Shown: positions 1 to 8,904, counted from the stretch's first letter. The stretch: 64,000 bases of DNA from Lysobacterales bacterium (GCA_030065125.1 JASJDM010000030.1:10039-74038); one strand, 5' to 3'. Translations and numbers: made by a program. Notes: generated by a model from the sequence alone, not told the origin.

Positions 1-921
1 CAGCGCCTGGCGCAGGTCAGGTCCGGCCTCTGCCCCGGCGAGTTTCAGCAGGTCAGCGGCAAAGCCGCGCATCTCATCCCGGGCATTGGCGGCGTGGGCG
101 GCCAGGGCAGTGCGTCCGAAATCGCTGCGCAGCAGGCCGGCGATCCGGCTCGCCCCCATGCCCGCGGGTATCCAGCGCATCAGGTTCAGGCCCCGAGGCA
201 GGATGGGAAAACCCGCCTGCCTAATAGCGGTGAGGCCCTGGGCGGTGGCGCGCATCACCTGTTTCAAAAGTCTGCGATCTGAAGTTGCCACGTCCAGGTT
301 GCTGTCGTGGTGGTACACGGCGGCGGCCAGGGGCAGAACCAGTCCGATGTGGCACCAGTGCCACGCCATGATGGGCACGTGGCGTTCAATGTTCATTCCC
401 AAAGGCTCCAGGTGTTCCTGCACGGCCGTGGCGGCAGCAGCGGCATCGGCGTGGGCCTCACCAACAATCAGCCGGTCGAAGGGTTTTTGTCGGGGTTTTT
501 CACGATCGGCGAATACCAGTTCATCACCCTCCCAGAAGCCGCCAACTCCTGGAAAGCCGCCCAACACGCGGTCGCTTCCCAGTTGATCCATGGCCGCTTC
601 GTATCCCCGGGTGGTGTTGCCCAGAAACCATATCGCTGGATTGCCAGGAAGGTCCTGGAGTTGCGGCATCAGCGATTCGCGCTGGGTGGCCTGAACACAA
701 ACCATGGCGACATCGAAGGTGTCCTCGACAGGAGCGCGAACAATATTGAGAGCTGCGGTGGCGCGCTCATTGCTGATGGCGTCGCGCATCAGCAGTCCGC
801 GTTGCTCGAGCCGGTCGGCTTTGTCACCGCGGGCAAGCAGCGTGACATCAGCGCCTTTCCCGGACAGGCGCGCTGCCGTGAAGCAGCCCGTCACACCGGC
901 GCCGATAATAAGGAATTTCAT
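1..921 (-). CDS. Ketopantoate reductase (PanE/ApbA) family oxidoreductase, 3' end runs off the window
   Basis: Manual translation from ATG at 921: MKFLIIGAGVTGCFTAARLSGKGADVTLLARGDKADRLEQRGL...FDVAMVCVQ...WFLGN...LGGFPGVGG. Rossmann GAGxxG followed by VTLLARG is typical of ApbA. The frame is open to base 1, so it is absent from the ORF track (no stop inside the window). Confidence 0.8.
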   Translation of the reverse strand, partial: MKFLIIGAGVTGCFTAARLSGKGADVTLLARGDKADRLEQRGLLMRDAISNERATAALNIVRAPVEDTFDVAMVCVQATQRESLMPQLQDLPGNPAIWFLGNTTRGYEAAMDQLGSDRVLGGFPGVGGFWEGDELVFADREKPRQKPFDRLIVGEAHADAAAAATAVQEHLEPLGMNIERHVPIMAWHWCHIGLVLPLAAAVYHHDSNLDVATSDRRLLKQVMRATAQGLTAIRQAGFPILPRGLNLMRWIPAGMGASRIAGLLRSDFGRTALAAHAANARDEMRGFAADLLKLAGAEAGPDLRQAL

Positions 922-1098
922 TGGTCTGGACGGCGCCTTCAGCGGAGCCACCATGACAAAAACCCCCGGATTAGCTGAGATTGCTCCTGATCTTGGGGCA
1001 AATCGGCCGGGAGTGAATAAGGGAAAACCGGATTGTGTGCCGGCCCGAGGGCATCGTGGCGTTGTTTTGCCTGTGCGGGGCGGGAATTGCCGGAGGGG

Positions 1099-1500
1099 TC
1101 ATTGGCTGGCGCCAAGCAATTTGTCTGGCAGCAGAAACTGCCGCCGTGCCCTGGCGGAGGTGAGACGCTCCCGGGTATACCAGGCACCAAGTACGTCTGT
1201 ATCCAACAGGTCCGGATTGGCTCGAAGGAATGACTCGAGTCCGGCGCCTTCGGTGTGGTCTCTGCGTTCCGCGATCAAGCTCATGAAGGCAAAGGTGATA
1301 GTGGTATTGAATTTTTCCGGCACGCCGACTTGCTCCGCCATGGCGCGAATGGTTGCTGCGTAGCGCGAGCAGGCTTCTACGAAGTCGTACTTTTCCAGCA
1401 TGGCATAAGCGACCTGGACATGCTCCGCGTGATGAAAATCGGGTGCGGGAATCTCGAGTCGTTCGAATCGTTCCAGCAGATTGCCGTGGGTACTATTCAT
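1099..1500 (-). CDS. Conserved hypothetical protein (133 aa; FHHAEHVQVA...FNTTITFAF...YTRERL...ARRQFLLPD)
   Basis: ATG at 1500 overlaps the stop of the upstream gene (1493-1500), suggesting translational coupling. The motifs match a widespread uncharacterised family. Confidence 0.7.
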   Translation of the reverse strand: MNSTHGNLLERFERLEIPAPDFHHAEHVQVAYAMLEKYDFVEACSRYAATIRAMAEQVGVPEKFNTTITFAFMSLIAERRDHTEGAGLESFLRANPDLLDTDVLGAWYTRERLTSARARRQFLLPDKLLGASQ

Positions 1501-1750
1501 CGGTTTGTGCCTCCTCCAGTCTGTGGCTGTCCTCTGCGACCAGGTCCAGCCCGTAGACTTCCTTGAGCAGCGCAATCTTGCGCAGGGTTTCCTCCTGGAA
1601 CGGGGTTTTCCCTTCGAAACAATGCAGGGCCATGCCCTCCAGCAGGTCGCCCAGCGACATGTCCAGCTGCTCGGCCAGGGCTTTCAGGACCTTCAACAGG
1701 CGTTTTTCGATGCGCACGCCGGTCTGAACGCGTTGGATTGACTTGCTCAT
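1493..1750 (-). CDS. Small ribbon-helix-helix-like DNA-binding protein (85 aa)
   Basis: MSKSIQRVQTGVRIEKRLLKVLKALAEQLDMSLGDLLEGMALHCFEGKTPF: alternating beta-strand (QTGVRI) followed by two helices with xSLGDLL, the RHH pattern. Confidence 0.7.
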   Translation of the reverse strand: MSKSIQRVQTGVRIEKRLLKVLKALAEQLDMSLGDLLEGMALHCFEGKTPFQEETLRKIALLKEVYGLDLVAEDSHRLEEAQTDE

Positions 1751-1757
1751 TGTTGTT

Positions 1758-1786
1758 ATTTTGGTACCAAGGTACCCATATGTCAA
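1758..1786 (-). promoter_or_regulatory. Sigma70-like promoter (TTGACA-17-CAAAAT) with tandem GGTACC operator-like palindromes
   Basis: Minus strand reads TTGACA tatgggtaccttggtac CAAAAT aacaaca ATG. TTGGTACCAA (1761-1770) and GGTACC (1771-1776) lie in the spacer. Confidence 0.55.
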
Positions 1787-2088
1787 CAGCAAAACGGACG
1801 CGCGGAGTTGTTCCGCGTCCAGATTTAACGGCTGGGATGTTCAGTCCGGCCTGTCACCGGTTCCCGGCGCCGAGTCAATCTATTCACGACACCACGCCGG
1901 TCGCGCGGCCGCCGCAGCCTTCTCGGACTTGGACACGGACTGGGAATAATTCCAGTTAGCGGCATAGCCACCATCATCGCAGTCATCGGATAGCGCCCAC
2001 CTCCCCGGTACCGATCGGAATCCGCGTATTCAGCACCTCCGAATTCGGTGGCATGTTGGATGGGTGGGAACCTTGGGAGGCCCGGAAC

Positions 2089-2538
2089 ATGCAGCCATCA
2101 TGGGTGACCTGGGCGCTGGTCATTTTTGGCGTGGTAACCCTGGTCCCGCTGATAGCGGCGCAATGGGCCATGCTGCTGCAACCGGACCGTCAGAAAACCC
2201 GGGAACTGCTCATTGGCAAGGGGGAAGACTGGCGGGACCAGACCCATTTCAGGCTGTCGCTGGGCGCCGCCTGGGCGGATTGGTTGTTTTTTGGCCCGCT
2301 TTTTGTGCTCGGCAGCGCCGGCGTGCTGATTGGCCATGGGTGGGGATACGTGCTGTTTGGGGCGGCCGGGGCGTGCAGCCTCTATATCAATATCATTCTC
2401 TGGTTTACCGAGAAAGAGTACGTTTACCCCAGCCGTGGGCCGCTCAGGTACTACACCTATTACTGGGGATTCTTCGTCTTGTGGGGCGCACTGGCCCTGG
2501 CGTACTCCGCGATGCGGATCGCTGGCGCAGGGCTGTAA
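2089..2538 (+). CDS. Hypothetical integral membrane protein (~4 TM)
   Basis: GGAGG 8 nt before ATG 2089; several hydrophobic segments; GC3-rich codon usage. Confidence 0.75.
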   Translation: MQPSWVTWALVIFGVVTLVPLIAAQWAMLLQPDRQKTRELLIGKGEDWRDQTHFRLSLGAAWADWLFFGPLFVLGSAGVLIGHGWGYVLFGAAGACSLYINIILWFTEKEYVYPSRGPLRYYTYYWGFFVLWGALALAYSAMRIAGAGL

Positions 2539-2616
2539 TCTCCTTCGAATGTTGAGCTGATTCCTGCAGTGGTAACATCTCGGTCCCCGCCACCGTCGCG
2601 CGCCCATCCATACTGA

Positions 2617-4944
2617 ATGACCGAAGGCCTCGCCAGTCAGTCCACCCAGAGCCTTCAGCAGTTCCTGCAGGAAGTGGGTTGCTCACTGCTGGTCTCCACC
2701 TACCAGGCCGGCAAGATCGTGCTGGTGCGGGCCCAGGCCCAGGGCGTCAACACCCACTTTGTCAATTTTGGAAAGCCCATGGGCATGGCCTGGCGAGATG
2801 GACAGCTGGCCGTGGGCGGCGCCGCCCAGGTGGTGACCTATCGCAACCTGCCGGCGGTAGGGCCCAGGACCGACCAGGGTCAGCCCGCCGACGCCTGCTA
2901 CCTGCCACGGCAGGTCCACAATACCGGCGCCATTGATATCCACGAGATGGGTTATGACGCAGAAGGCCGGCTGTGGTTCATCAATACCCGCATGTCCTGC
3001 CTGGCCACGGCCGAAGTGGATTTCAGCTTCACGCCACGGTGGCGGCCTCCGTTTATCACCGAGTATGACCTGACCGACCGCTGCCATCTCAATGGCCTGG
3101 GATTCCGCGACGGGCGCCCCCGCTACGTGTCCATGCTGGGCGCTACCGATACGCCGGGCGGCTGGCGCAAGAACAAGGTATCCGGCGGTCAGATCATGGA
3201 TGTCAGCAACAACGAGGTCCTGGCCGCCAGCCTGTGCATGCCACACTCGCCAAGGTGGCATGAAGGCAGGCTTTGGTTCCTGTCATCCGGCGCCGGCCAG
3301 CTGATGTGTACTGTTCCCGGGGACTCGCCCCAGGTGGTGGCGGAGGTGCCGGGTTTTGCCCGCGGGCTGAGTTTCGTTGGCCGCTACGCGCTGATCGGAC
3401 TGTCCCAGGTGCGGGAAAGCGCGGTGTTTGCAGGTTTGCCGCTGACCCGGCGGGTGACCCAGCGCAAGAGCGGCGTCTGGGTGGTAGACACCACCACCGG
3501 GCAAACCGTTGCCTTCCTGGAGTTCACCGGATCAGTGCAGGAAGTCTTCGAGGTGCTGGTGGTGCCCCATCGCTGGCCGGTCATGCTGGATGCCGACGAC
3601 CCGCTGGTGGCAACGTCCTATGAATTGCCCAATGAAGTAATCCAGAACCTGGCGCCGCCGGACCCGGTGCAGGAGTCCCTGGACGAAGCCACTCGCCTGC
3701 ACGTGTCCGGTAAGGTTGGGGAAGCCATCCAGGGATACCGCCAGATCCTGCAGCAGCATACCGGCCACCCGGTGGCGGCCTACCAGCTGGGTCTGGCACT
3801 GGTGGACCACGAGCAGTGGGCCGAGGCGGTGGAGCAGCTGGAGGGTGTGGTCCAGGACCAGCCGGACAACGCCGAAGCCATGAACAGTCTGGGCCTGGCC
3901 CACGCCCGGCTGGGACGGCTGGACACCGCCATCGACTGGTTCGACCGGTCTATTGCGACCGACGGCCAGTACGCACAGGCTCATTTCAACCGCGGCCTGA
4001 TTCTGCTCAAGCAGGGTCGCTACGCCGAGGGCTGGGAGGGATACGACTGGCGCTGGCAGACGCCCCAATTCGTGCCGTTCCAGTGCAGCCAGCCCCAGTG
4101 GGGCGGGGAAGACATCAGCAACAAGCGTCTTCTCGTGCACAGCGAGCAGGGCAACGGCGACCAGGTGCAGTTCGCCCGCTTCCTGCCCATGGCCGCTGAG
4201 CGCTGCAGGGAGCTGATCTACGTGGGCCCGGAATCCCTGGCGCCGCTGATTGCCGAGATCGAGGGCGTGGCCGAAAGCCGGCTCCCCGGACAGATCCCCG
4301 CTGATCGCTTCGATGTTTACTGTCCGCTGATGAGCCTGACCCGCTGTCTAGGCATTACCATGGACAACCTGCCGGCGCCAGAGCGTTACCTGACCGTCCC
4401 GCCCCAGGTGACGGTCAGCCAGCTGCGGGGCCAGAAACAGGGAGACCTCATGGTGGGCATCAGCTGGGCGGGATCACCCACCCAGCGTGATGACCGGCAT
4501 CGTTCCATGGCGCTGGACACCCTGATCCCACTGCTCGACCTGCCGGGCGTATCATTCTTCAGCCTGCAGATGCCCGTCAGCGCTGAGGAGCGGGAACGGC
4601 TCAACCGCCTCGGTGTCCAGGACCTGGAGCCGGAGCTGCCGGGCTATGCCCGGACTGCGGCACTGATGGATCAGCTGGATGCCGTCATTTCGGTGTGCAC
4701 GGCCACCGCCCACGTGGCTGCCGCCCTGGGCAAACCCACTGCCATCCTGCTCCCCCACGACCCGGACTGGCGCTGGCTGCTGGACGGGACAACGTCACCC
4801 TGGTATCCGACCGCAACCCTGATCCGGCAATCCGAGCCCGGCGACTGGAAACCGGTGTTGGAGCGGGCCCGGACCTGGCTGTCCGGACTTGCTGCGGAGT
4901 CAACCGCAGCCACCAATCGCTCCGCGACACCGCCATCATGCTGA
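2617..4944 (+). CDS. TIGR03032 (DUF4915) domain + TPR repeats + C-terminal GT-B glycosyltransferase-like domain fusion protein
   Basis: N-term SLLVSTYQAGK, DRCHLNGL, MPHSPRW, PGFARGL, LSQVRES (TIGR03032). TPRs AAYQLGLAL, AMNSLGLAH, AHFNRGLILL. C-term EQGNGDQVQFARFLP, GISWAGSP, DAVISVCTATAHVAAALGKP, DWRW. Confidence 0.85.
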   Translation: MTEGLASQSTQSLQQFLQEVGCSLLVSTYQAGKIVLVRAQAQGVNTHFVNFGKPMGMAWRDGQLAVGGAAQVVTYRNLPAVGPRTDQGQPADACYLPRQVHNTGAIDIHEMGYDAEGRLWFINTRMSCLATAEVDFSFTPRWRPPFITEYDLTDRCHLNGLGFRDGRPRYVSMLGATDTPGGWRKNKVSGGQIMDVSNNEVLAASLCMPHSPRWHEGRLWFLSSGAGQLMCTVPGDSPQVVAEVPGFARGLSFVGRYALIGLSQVRESAVFAGLPLTRRVTQRKSGVWVVDTTTGQTVAFLEFTGSVQEVFEVLVVPHRWPVMLDADDPLVATSYELPNEVIQNLAPPDPVQESLDEATRLHVSGKVGEAIQGYRQILQQHTGHPVAAYQLGLALVDHEQWAEAVEQLEGVVQDQPDNAEAMNSLGLAHARLGRLDTAIDWFDRSIATDGQYAQAHFNRGLILLKQGRYAEGWEGYDWRWQTPQFVPFQCSQPQWGGEDISNKRLLVHSEQGNGDQVQFARFLPMAAERCRELIYVGPESLAPLIAEIEGVAESRLPGQIPADRFDVYCPLMSLTRCLGITMDNLPAPERYLTVPPQVTVSQLRGQKQGDLMVGISWAGSPTQRDDRHRSMALDTLIPLLDLPGVSFFSLQMPVSAEERERLNRLGVQDLEPELPGYARTAALMDQLDAVISVCTATAHVAAALGKPTAILLPHDPDWRWLLDGTTSPWYPTATLIRQSEPGDWKPVLERARTWLSGLAAESTAATNRSATPPSC

Positions 4945-4987
4945 ATCAATCCCGGATCGGGGTCCGGCACATGGTTCAGGATGACGG
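4933..4987. repeat. REP-like nested inverted repeat
   Basis: Outer arms CCATCATGCTGAA / TTCAGGATGACGG (11/13 complementary) enclose an inner hairpin CCGGATC-gg-GGTCCGG. It resembles proteobacterial GTCATCCTGAA/CCGGATC REP-type palindromes and overlaps the stop of the upstream CDS. Confidence 0.45.
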
Positions 4988-5087
4988 AAGAAGGAAGAAC
5001 AGGCCTGGGACATGGAGAACACGTGACATCCCCTACACGAATCATTCACTATGCTCGCCCTCCATTTGAACAGGCTGAGTGCCCGGC

Positions 5088-6668
5088 ATGACTGATATTG
5101 CAACCATCGGCGCCCGCAAGGGCTGGTTCCGGCGTTTCCTGGATACCGTGGAGTGGCTGGGCAACCTGCTGCCACACCCCGTGACCCTGTTTGCCATCCT
5201 GTGTGCGGCAGTGGTGTTGTTCAGCGGCCTGGCTGGGATGATTGGTTTGTCTGTGCCGGATGTGCGGCCCACCGCTGCACCGGATGCCCGCATCGAGGCC
5301 ATCAGCCTGCTCAATGCCGAGGGGCTGCGCCGGATCGTGACCAACCTGGTGACCAACTTCACCGGTTTTGTGCCCCTGGGTACGGTGCTCGTGGCACTGC
5401 TGGGCGTGGGGGTAGCCGACCGCTCGGGCCTGTTGTCGGCGGTGGTGCAGACGGTGGTCATGCGCGCGCCGAAGCACCTGGTCACCGTTGCCGTGGTGTT
5501 TGCCGGCGTGCTCTCCAACACCGCGTCTGAAATGGGCTACGTGGTGCTGGTGCCACTGGCTGGTGTGATCTTTTATTCCCTGGGGCGACATCCCCTGGCG
5601 GGCATGGCGGCGGCCTTCGCCGGAGTCTCCGGTGGGTACAGCGCCAACCTGCTGATCGGCACTGTAGACCCGCTGCTGTCGGGTATCACCGAGGCCGCGG
5701 CCCAGCTGATCGATCCGGAGTACACGGTTCACGCGGCGGTGAACTGGTACTTCATGATCATCAGCACTTTCCTGATTACCGGGATCGGCTCGCTGGTCAC
5801 CATTTTCATCGTCGAACCCAAACTGGGCGAGTACGACCCGGCTGACGCCCAGGAGGGCGCCATTGCTGAAGCCAAGCTGGAGGCGCTGACGCCCACCGAG
5901 AAGAAAGGCCTGAAGTGGGCGGCCATTTCCGCCCTGGTCATCTCCGCCGTGCTGGCCCTGACCGTGGTGCCGGAAAACGGCATCCTGCGCAACCCGGAGA
6001 CCGGCGCTGTGCTGCGCTCGCCCTTCCTCCAGGGCATCGTGGCCCTGATCTTCGTGTTCTTCCTGGTGCCCGGCGTGGTCTACGGCAAGATTGTCGGCAC
6101 CATCAACAACGACCGGGACCTGATCAAGGCAATGTCCGACACCATGGGGTCCCTGGGTCTTTATATCGTTCTGGTGTTTTTTGCCGCCCAGTTCGTGGCC
6201 TTTTTCGGCTGGACCAATCTCGGCGCCATCATCGCCGTGACGGGAGCCCAGTTCCTCCAGGCCATCGGCCTCACTGGGCCCCTGGTGTTTGTGCCCTTCA
6301 TCATGATGTGCAGCTTCATCAACCTGATGCTGGGCAGCGCTTCTGCCCAGTGGGCGGTGACGGCGCCAATCTTCGTGCCCATGCTGATGCTGGTGGGCTA
6401 CAGCCCCGAGGTGATCCAGGCGGCCTACCGGATCGGCGATTCCACCACCAACATCATCACCCCCATGATGAGCTACTTCGGCCTGATCCTGGCCTTTGCC
6501 ACCCGCTATAACCGCAACTTAGGGATAGGCACCCTGATCGCCACCATGCTGCCCTACAGCATCTGCTTCTGGGTGTCCTGGGTGGCGCTGTTCTTCCTGT
6601 GGGTGTTCGGATTGGGCATGCCGGTAGGGCCGGCCACCACAACCTTTTATCCCTCTGCCGTGGGTTGA
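5088..6668 (+). CDS. abgT: AbgT family transporter (p-aminobenzoyl-glutamate / MtrF-YdaH type)
   Basis: FLDTVEWLGNLLPHPVTLF, NFTGFVPLGTVLV, RHPLAGMAAAFAGVSGGYSANLL, NWYF, SASAQW, AYRIGDSTTNIITPMMSYF. Confidence 0.93.
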   Translation: MTDIATIGARKGWFRRFLDTVEWLGNLLPHPVTLFAILCAAVVLFSGLAGMIGLSVPDVRPTAAPDARIEAISLLNAEGLRRIVTNLVTNFTGFVPLGTVLVALLGVGVADRSGLLSAVVQTVVMRAPKHLVTVAVVFAGVLSNTASEMGYVVLVPLAGVIFYSLGRHPLAGMAAAFAGVSGGYSANLLIGTVDPLLSGITEAAAQLIDPEYTVHAAVNWYFMIISTFLITGIGSLVTIFIVEPKLGEYDPADAQEGAIAEAKLEALTPTEKKGLKWAAISALVISAVLALTVVPENGILRNPETGAVLRSPFLQGIVALIFVFFLVPGVVYGKIVGTINNDRDLIKAMSDTMGSLGLYIVLVFFAAQFVAFFGWTNLGAIIAVTGAQFLQAIGLTGPLVFVPFIMMCSFINLMLGSASAQWAVTAPIFVPMLMLVGYSPEVIQAAYRIGDSTTNIITPMMSYFGLILAFATRYNRNLGIGTLIATMLPYSICFWVSWVALFFLWVFGLGMPVGPATTTFYPSAVG

Positions 6669-6708
6669 TTGGAGTCGCGGCGGTCGCTGATGAAGTGCTG
6701 GCCATCGC

Positions 6709-6800
6709 CCAGCCGAGGTGCTCGAAGTTCCGGACGCCGGACATTACAAGATGCACACGAGATCGTGATTCCGGCACTGTTGAAGCACCTAAAAAACTAG
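6709..6800 (+). pseudogene. Remnant of an alpha/beta-hydrolase C-terminus
   Basis: PAEVLEVPDAGHYKMH (6709-6756), then after a frameshift EIVIPALLKHLKN* (6759-6800). This matches the hydrolase catalytic-His loop and last helix; there is no upstream gene body. Confidence 0.4.
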
Positions 6801-6815
6801 TTTGGCGGTCGACCC

Positions 6816-6953
6816 TCAGGGCGTTGGCCGGCTCAACTCGTAACTTTCGTCAAGCCACTGGGTCCAGCGTTTTTCAGGCATGGGCTGTTCGGAGGAAAAC
6901 CGTGCTGTGATCCAGACCCCGGAGCCCACCTGGTAGTCATCGGGGTGTTGCTT
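6816..6953 (-). pseudogene. 3' remnant of an MmcQ/YjbR-family gene
   Basis: The frame reads KQHPDDYQVGSGVWITARFSSEQPMPEKRWTQWLDESYELSRPTP*, resembling the YjbR C-terminus (W-I-T/S...L-D-E-S-Y-E-L). No start codon; it is joined out of frame to the upstream fragment. Confidence 0.5.
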
Positions 6954-7231
6954 TAAAAAGCGGGGGGAAACTGGCCACCCTGGGTGAGCGTCGCGGCCAC
7001 GTCGATACGGTCTTCGACGATGTCCCCGATGCCGGTCAACCAGTACGGTTCGCCACTGTTATCGAAAACGAACCAGGCCACCCAGGCCTGCTCGTTGGGG
7101 AGAATCTCGATGAAGAATCCATGACCCGACTGTTCGGGGTTGTAGTAGGAGCCTGACCAGGTCGCATCGATCTGGAGCTGGGCCAGGGCTGTTCCACAAA
7201 GCAGGCAGCCGGCCGCAAATATGCCGCCCAT
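6953..7231 (-). pseudogene. Truncated secreted protein (N-terminal SGSxYxPxQSGHGF beta-domain)
   Basis: Signal peptide ...GTALA-Q, then WSGSYYNPEQSGHGFFIEIL...WFVFDNSGEPYWLTGIG...GGQFPPAF*. It stops mid-domain, where homologues I recall continue (..DV...WG). Confidence 0.55.
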
Positions 7232-7266
7232 GCTGTCGCCCCGGTTGGACCTTGTTGAAAAAAGCT

Positions 7267-8493
7267 TCAGGGCTGAAATTCCCCAGCATGTTGCGTCTCG
7301 CTTTGCGCGTTGCCTGGCAGCTTCTGATAGTCGAAAAGCTGCAGATCCACCCCGCCGCCATTCATGGAGCGTCCGATCTTCAGGGAAGCCAATGCATCGG
7401 CGTCCTGTTTCAGGTAGGCATTAAAAAACAACAGCTCCCAGGCGTTGCGATCTTCCCAGGAGCCGCCTTCGAAGACGTGGGTCTGGTCCACCAGTTCCAC
7501 CACGTAGGTAGGGCCGGACAACTGTTGCATGGCCGGCAGGATGAAATCTGATCGGGTTACCGTGTCCGCCGTGCCAAAGGCGCACAGCACCGGGGTCGTG
7601 ACCCGGTTCAATTCGACATTGTTCCTGCCGAACGCGAAGTGGTCCCAGATCAGTCGCTTGTGGCCGACCCAGGGCGCGGCCAGCACGGCGGCCTTGACCC
7701 GGGGGTCCACGGCGGTGGCGGAATGGCCCTGGAAACGGCCGCCCGCAGCAGCCAGCGCGGTGAATCCGCCGAAGCTGTGACCGGACACGCCGATATTGTC
7801 AGCATCGATGTGTGGACCGAAGGTTCTGCTCTCCAGCAGTGAGTCCACCAGGGCCCGGGTCAGCAGGGGCCTGAGAAAGGCAACGTGATCGTTATCCAGG
7901 CCGGCCACCCGGGTGCGGTCGTCGCCGTAGATGGGCACGGCCACGATGTAGCCATGGCGGGACAGGTCCTGGGCGTGGCCGATATCGAAGATGCCGTGGG
8001 CATCATTGCCGTGGGCCAGAACGATCAGGGGATACTTTTTCTCCGGGTCAGCAAAAACCGGGGATTCTCCCGGGGCCAGCATGTCCTCAAACCTTCCGTA
8101 TTGACCGCCATGGTAGGGGAAATCGTACGGGCTGGTTTCCTGGTCTGCCCTGGCAGGCCAGGTGACGAACGCGGCCACGGGCAGGCTGGTTCCTGCGGTG
8201 GGCCCATACACTGCGGGCTGGTTGGGAACAGGCGCTTCCACGATCCAGGCCGACTCCGGGTGCTGTAGAACTTCGGTGATGAAGCGATAGCGGCCTTCCG
8301 GGTCCCGCTTACCCAGCAGGATATCGTGCATGGCGTCGTCACCCAGGTCCCGGAATTCGGCTGCCACCGCCATGTTGGTGGACCCTACGGCATGGGGGCC
8401 GCGTCCCAGAGGCTCAAGTTCCCTGTGTCCGTTTTCCTTTCCGTAGCAGCTTAGGGAACCCGTCAACATCAACAGCGTGAAAATTCTGATCAT
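7267..8493 (-). CDS. Exported alpha/beta hydrolase (dienelactone hydrolase/PAF-AH-like)
   Basis: Signal/lipoprotein-like N-term, GPHAVG, YPLIVLAHG, nucleophile GHSFGG, DPRVKAAV, FGTADT (Asp), QTHVF (His). Confidence 0.8.
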   Translation of the reverse strand: MIRIFTLLMLTGSLSCYGKENGHRELEPLGRGPHAVGSTNMAVAAEFRDLGDDAMHDILLGKRDPEGRYRFITEVLQHPESAWIVEAPVPNQPAVYGPTAGTSLPVAAFVTWPARADQETSPYDFPYHGGQYGRFEDMLAPGESPVFADPEKKYPLIVLAHGNDAHGIFDIGHAQDLSRHGYIVAVPIYGDDRTRVAGLDNDHVAFLRPLLTRALVDSLLESRTFGPHIDADNIGVSGHSFGGFTALAAAGGRFQGHSATAVDPRVKAAVLAAPWVGHKRLIWDHFAFGRNNVELNRVTTPVLCAFGTADTVTRSDFILPAMQQLSGPTYVVELVDQTHVFEGGSWEDRNAWELLFFNAYLKQDADALASLKIGRSMNGGGVDLQLFDYQKLPGNAQSETQHAGEFQP

Positions 8494-8706
8494 CTCAACC
8501 CGCTCAGCCAGAGTCCGTGAAAGTAAAGATCACGCTGCCGGTGCTGTCAAAGTGAAATTAGTTGGGCCGACCCATTCCGCTCTGGGTTGGCTGCACTGAA
8601 TCGTTTGTTTATGGCCAGCCGTGCCCGAAAATCCGGTCGCGACGGGACCTGGCTCAGGGCAATCTCCGCGCCTGAAAGCGCATTTGAGGCGGGAGCCTGA
8701 AACCCC

Positions 8707-8904
8707 TCAGATCATTCGGCTCTGTCCGAACCCCAGCACCTTCATGCAGTGCGGACAGAAGTACAGCACGTTTTTTCCTTCGATGAAGCCAACCCCTTTG
8801 GTCTTGGAGTACACCTCGGTCAGTCCCTTGTCGCAGTGGCAGCAGATGGGGGTCAGGTCGTTCCGGTTGATGATATTCAGGGGTACGGCGTTGGCTTTGC
8901 TCAT
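8707..8904 (-). CDS. Small zinc-ribbon protein (65 aa)
   Basis: MSKANAVPLNIINRNDLTPICCHCDKGLTEVY...LYFCPHCMKVLG: two CxxC knuckles; AGGTG RBS-like sequence upstream. Confidence 0.65.
   Translation of the reverse strand: MSKANAVPLNIINRNDLTPICCHCDKGLTEVYSKTKGVGFIEGKNVLYFCPHCMKVLGFGQSRMI

Noticed and set aside
1800-2050. Possible small ORF or gene remnant between the RHH operon and the membrane protein gene
   Set aside because: Short frames with no convincing start, RBS or recognisable motif.
6945-6965. Programmed -1 frameshift at TTTTTAAA joining the secreted fragment to the downstream frame
   Set aside because: Not an in-frame X XXY YYZ heptamer, and the two parts resemble unrelated families (exported domain vs cytoplasmic YjbR). 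A deletion scar fits better.
8520-8705. Hairpin-rich intergenic region as a riboswitch or ncRNA
   Set aside because: Imperfect GC stems only; no conserved motif of a riboswitch class I can recognise. An Rfam/Infernal scan would be needed.
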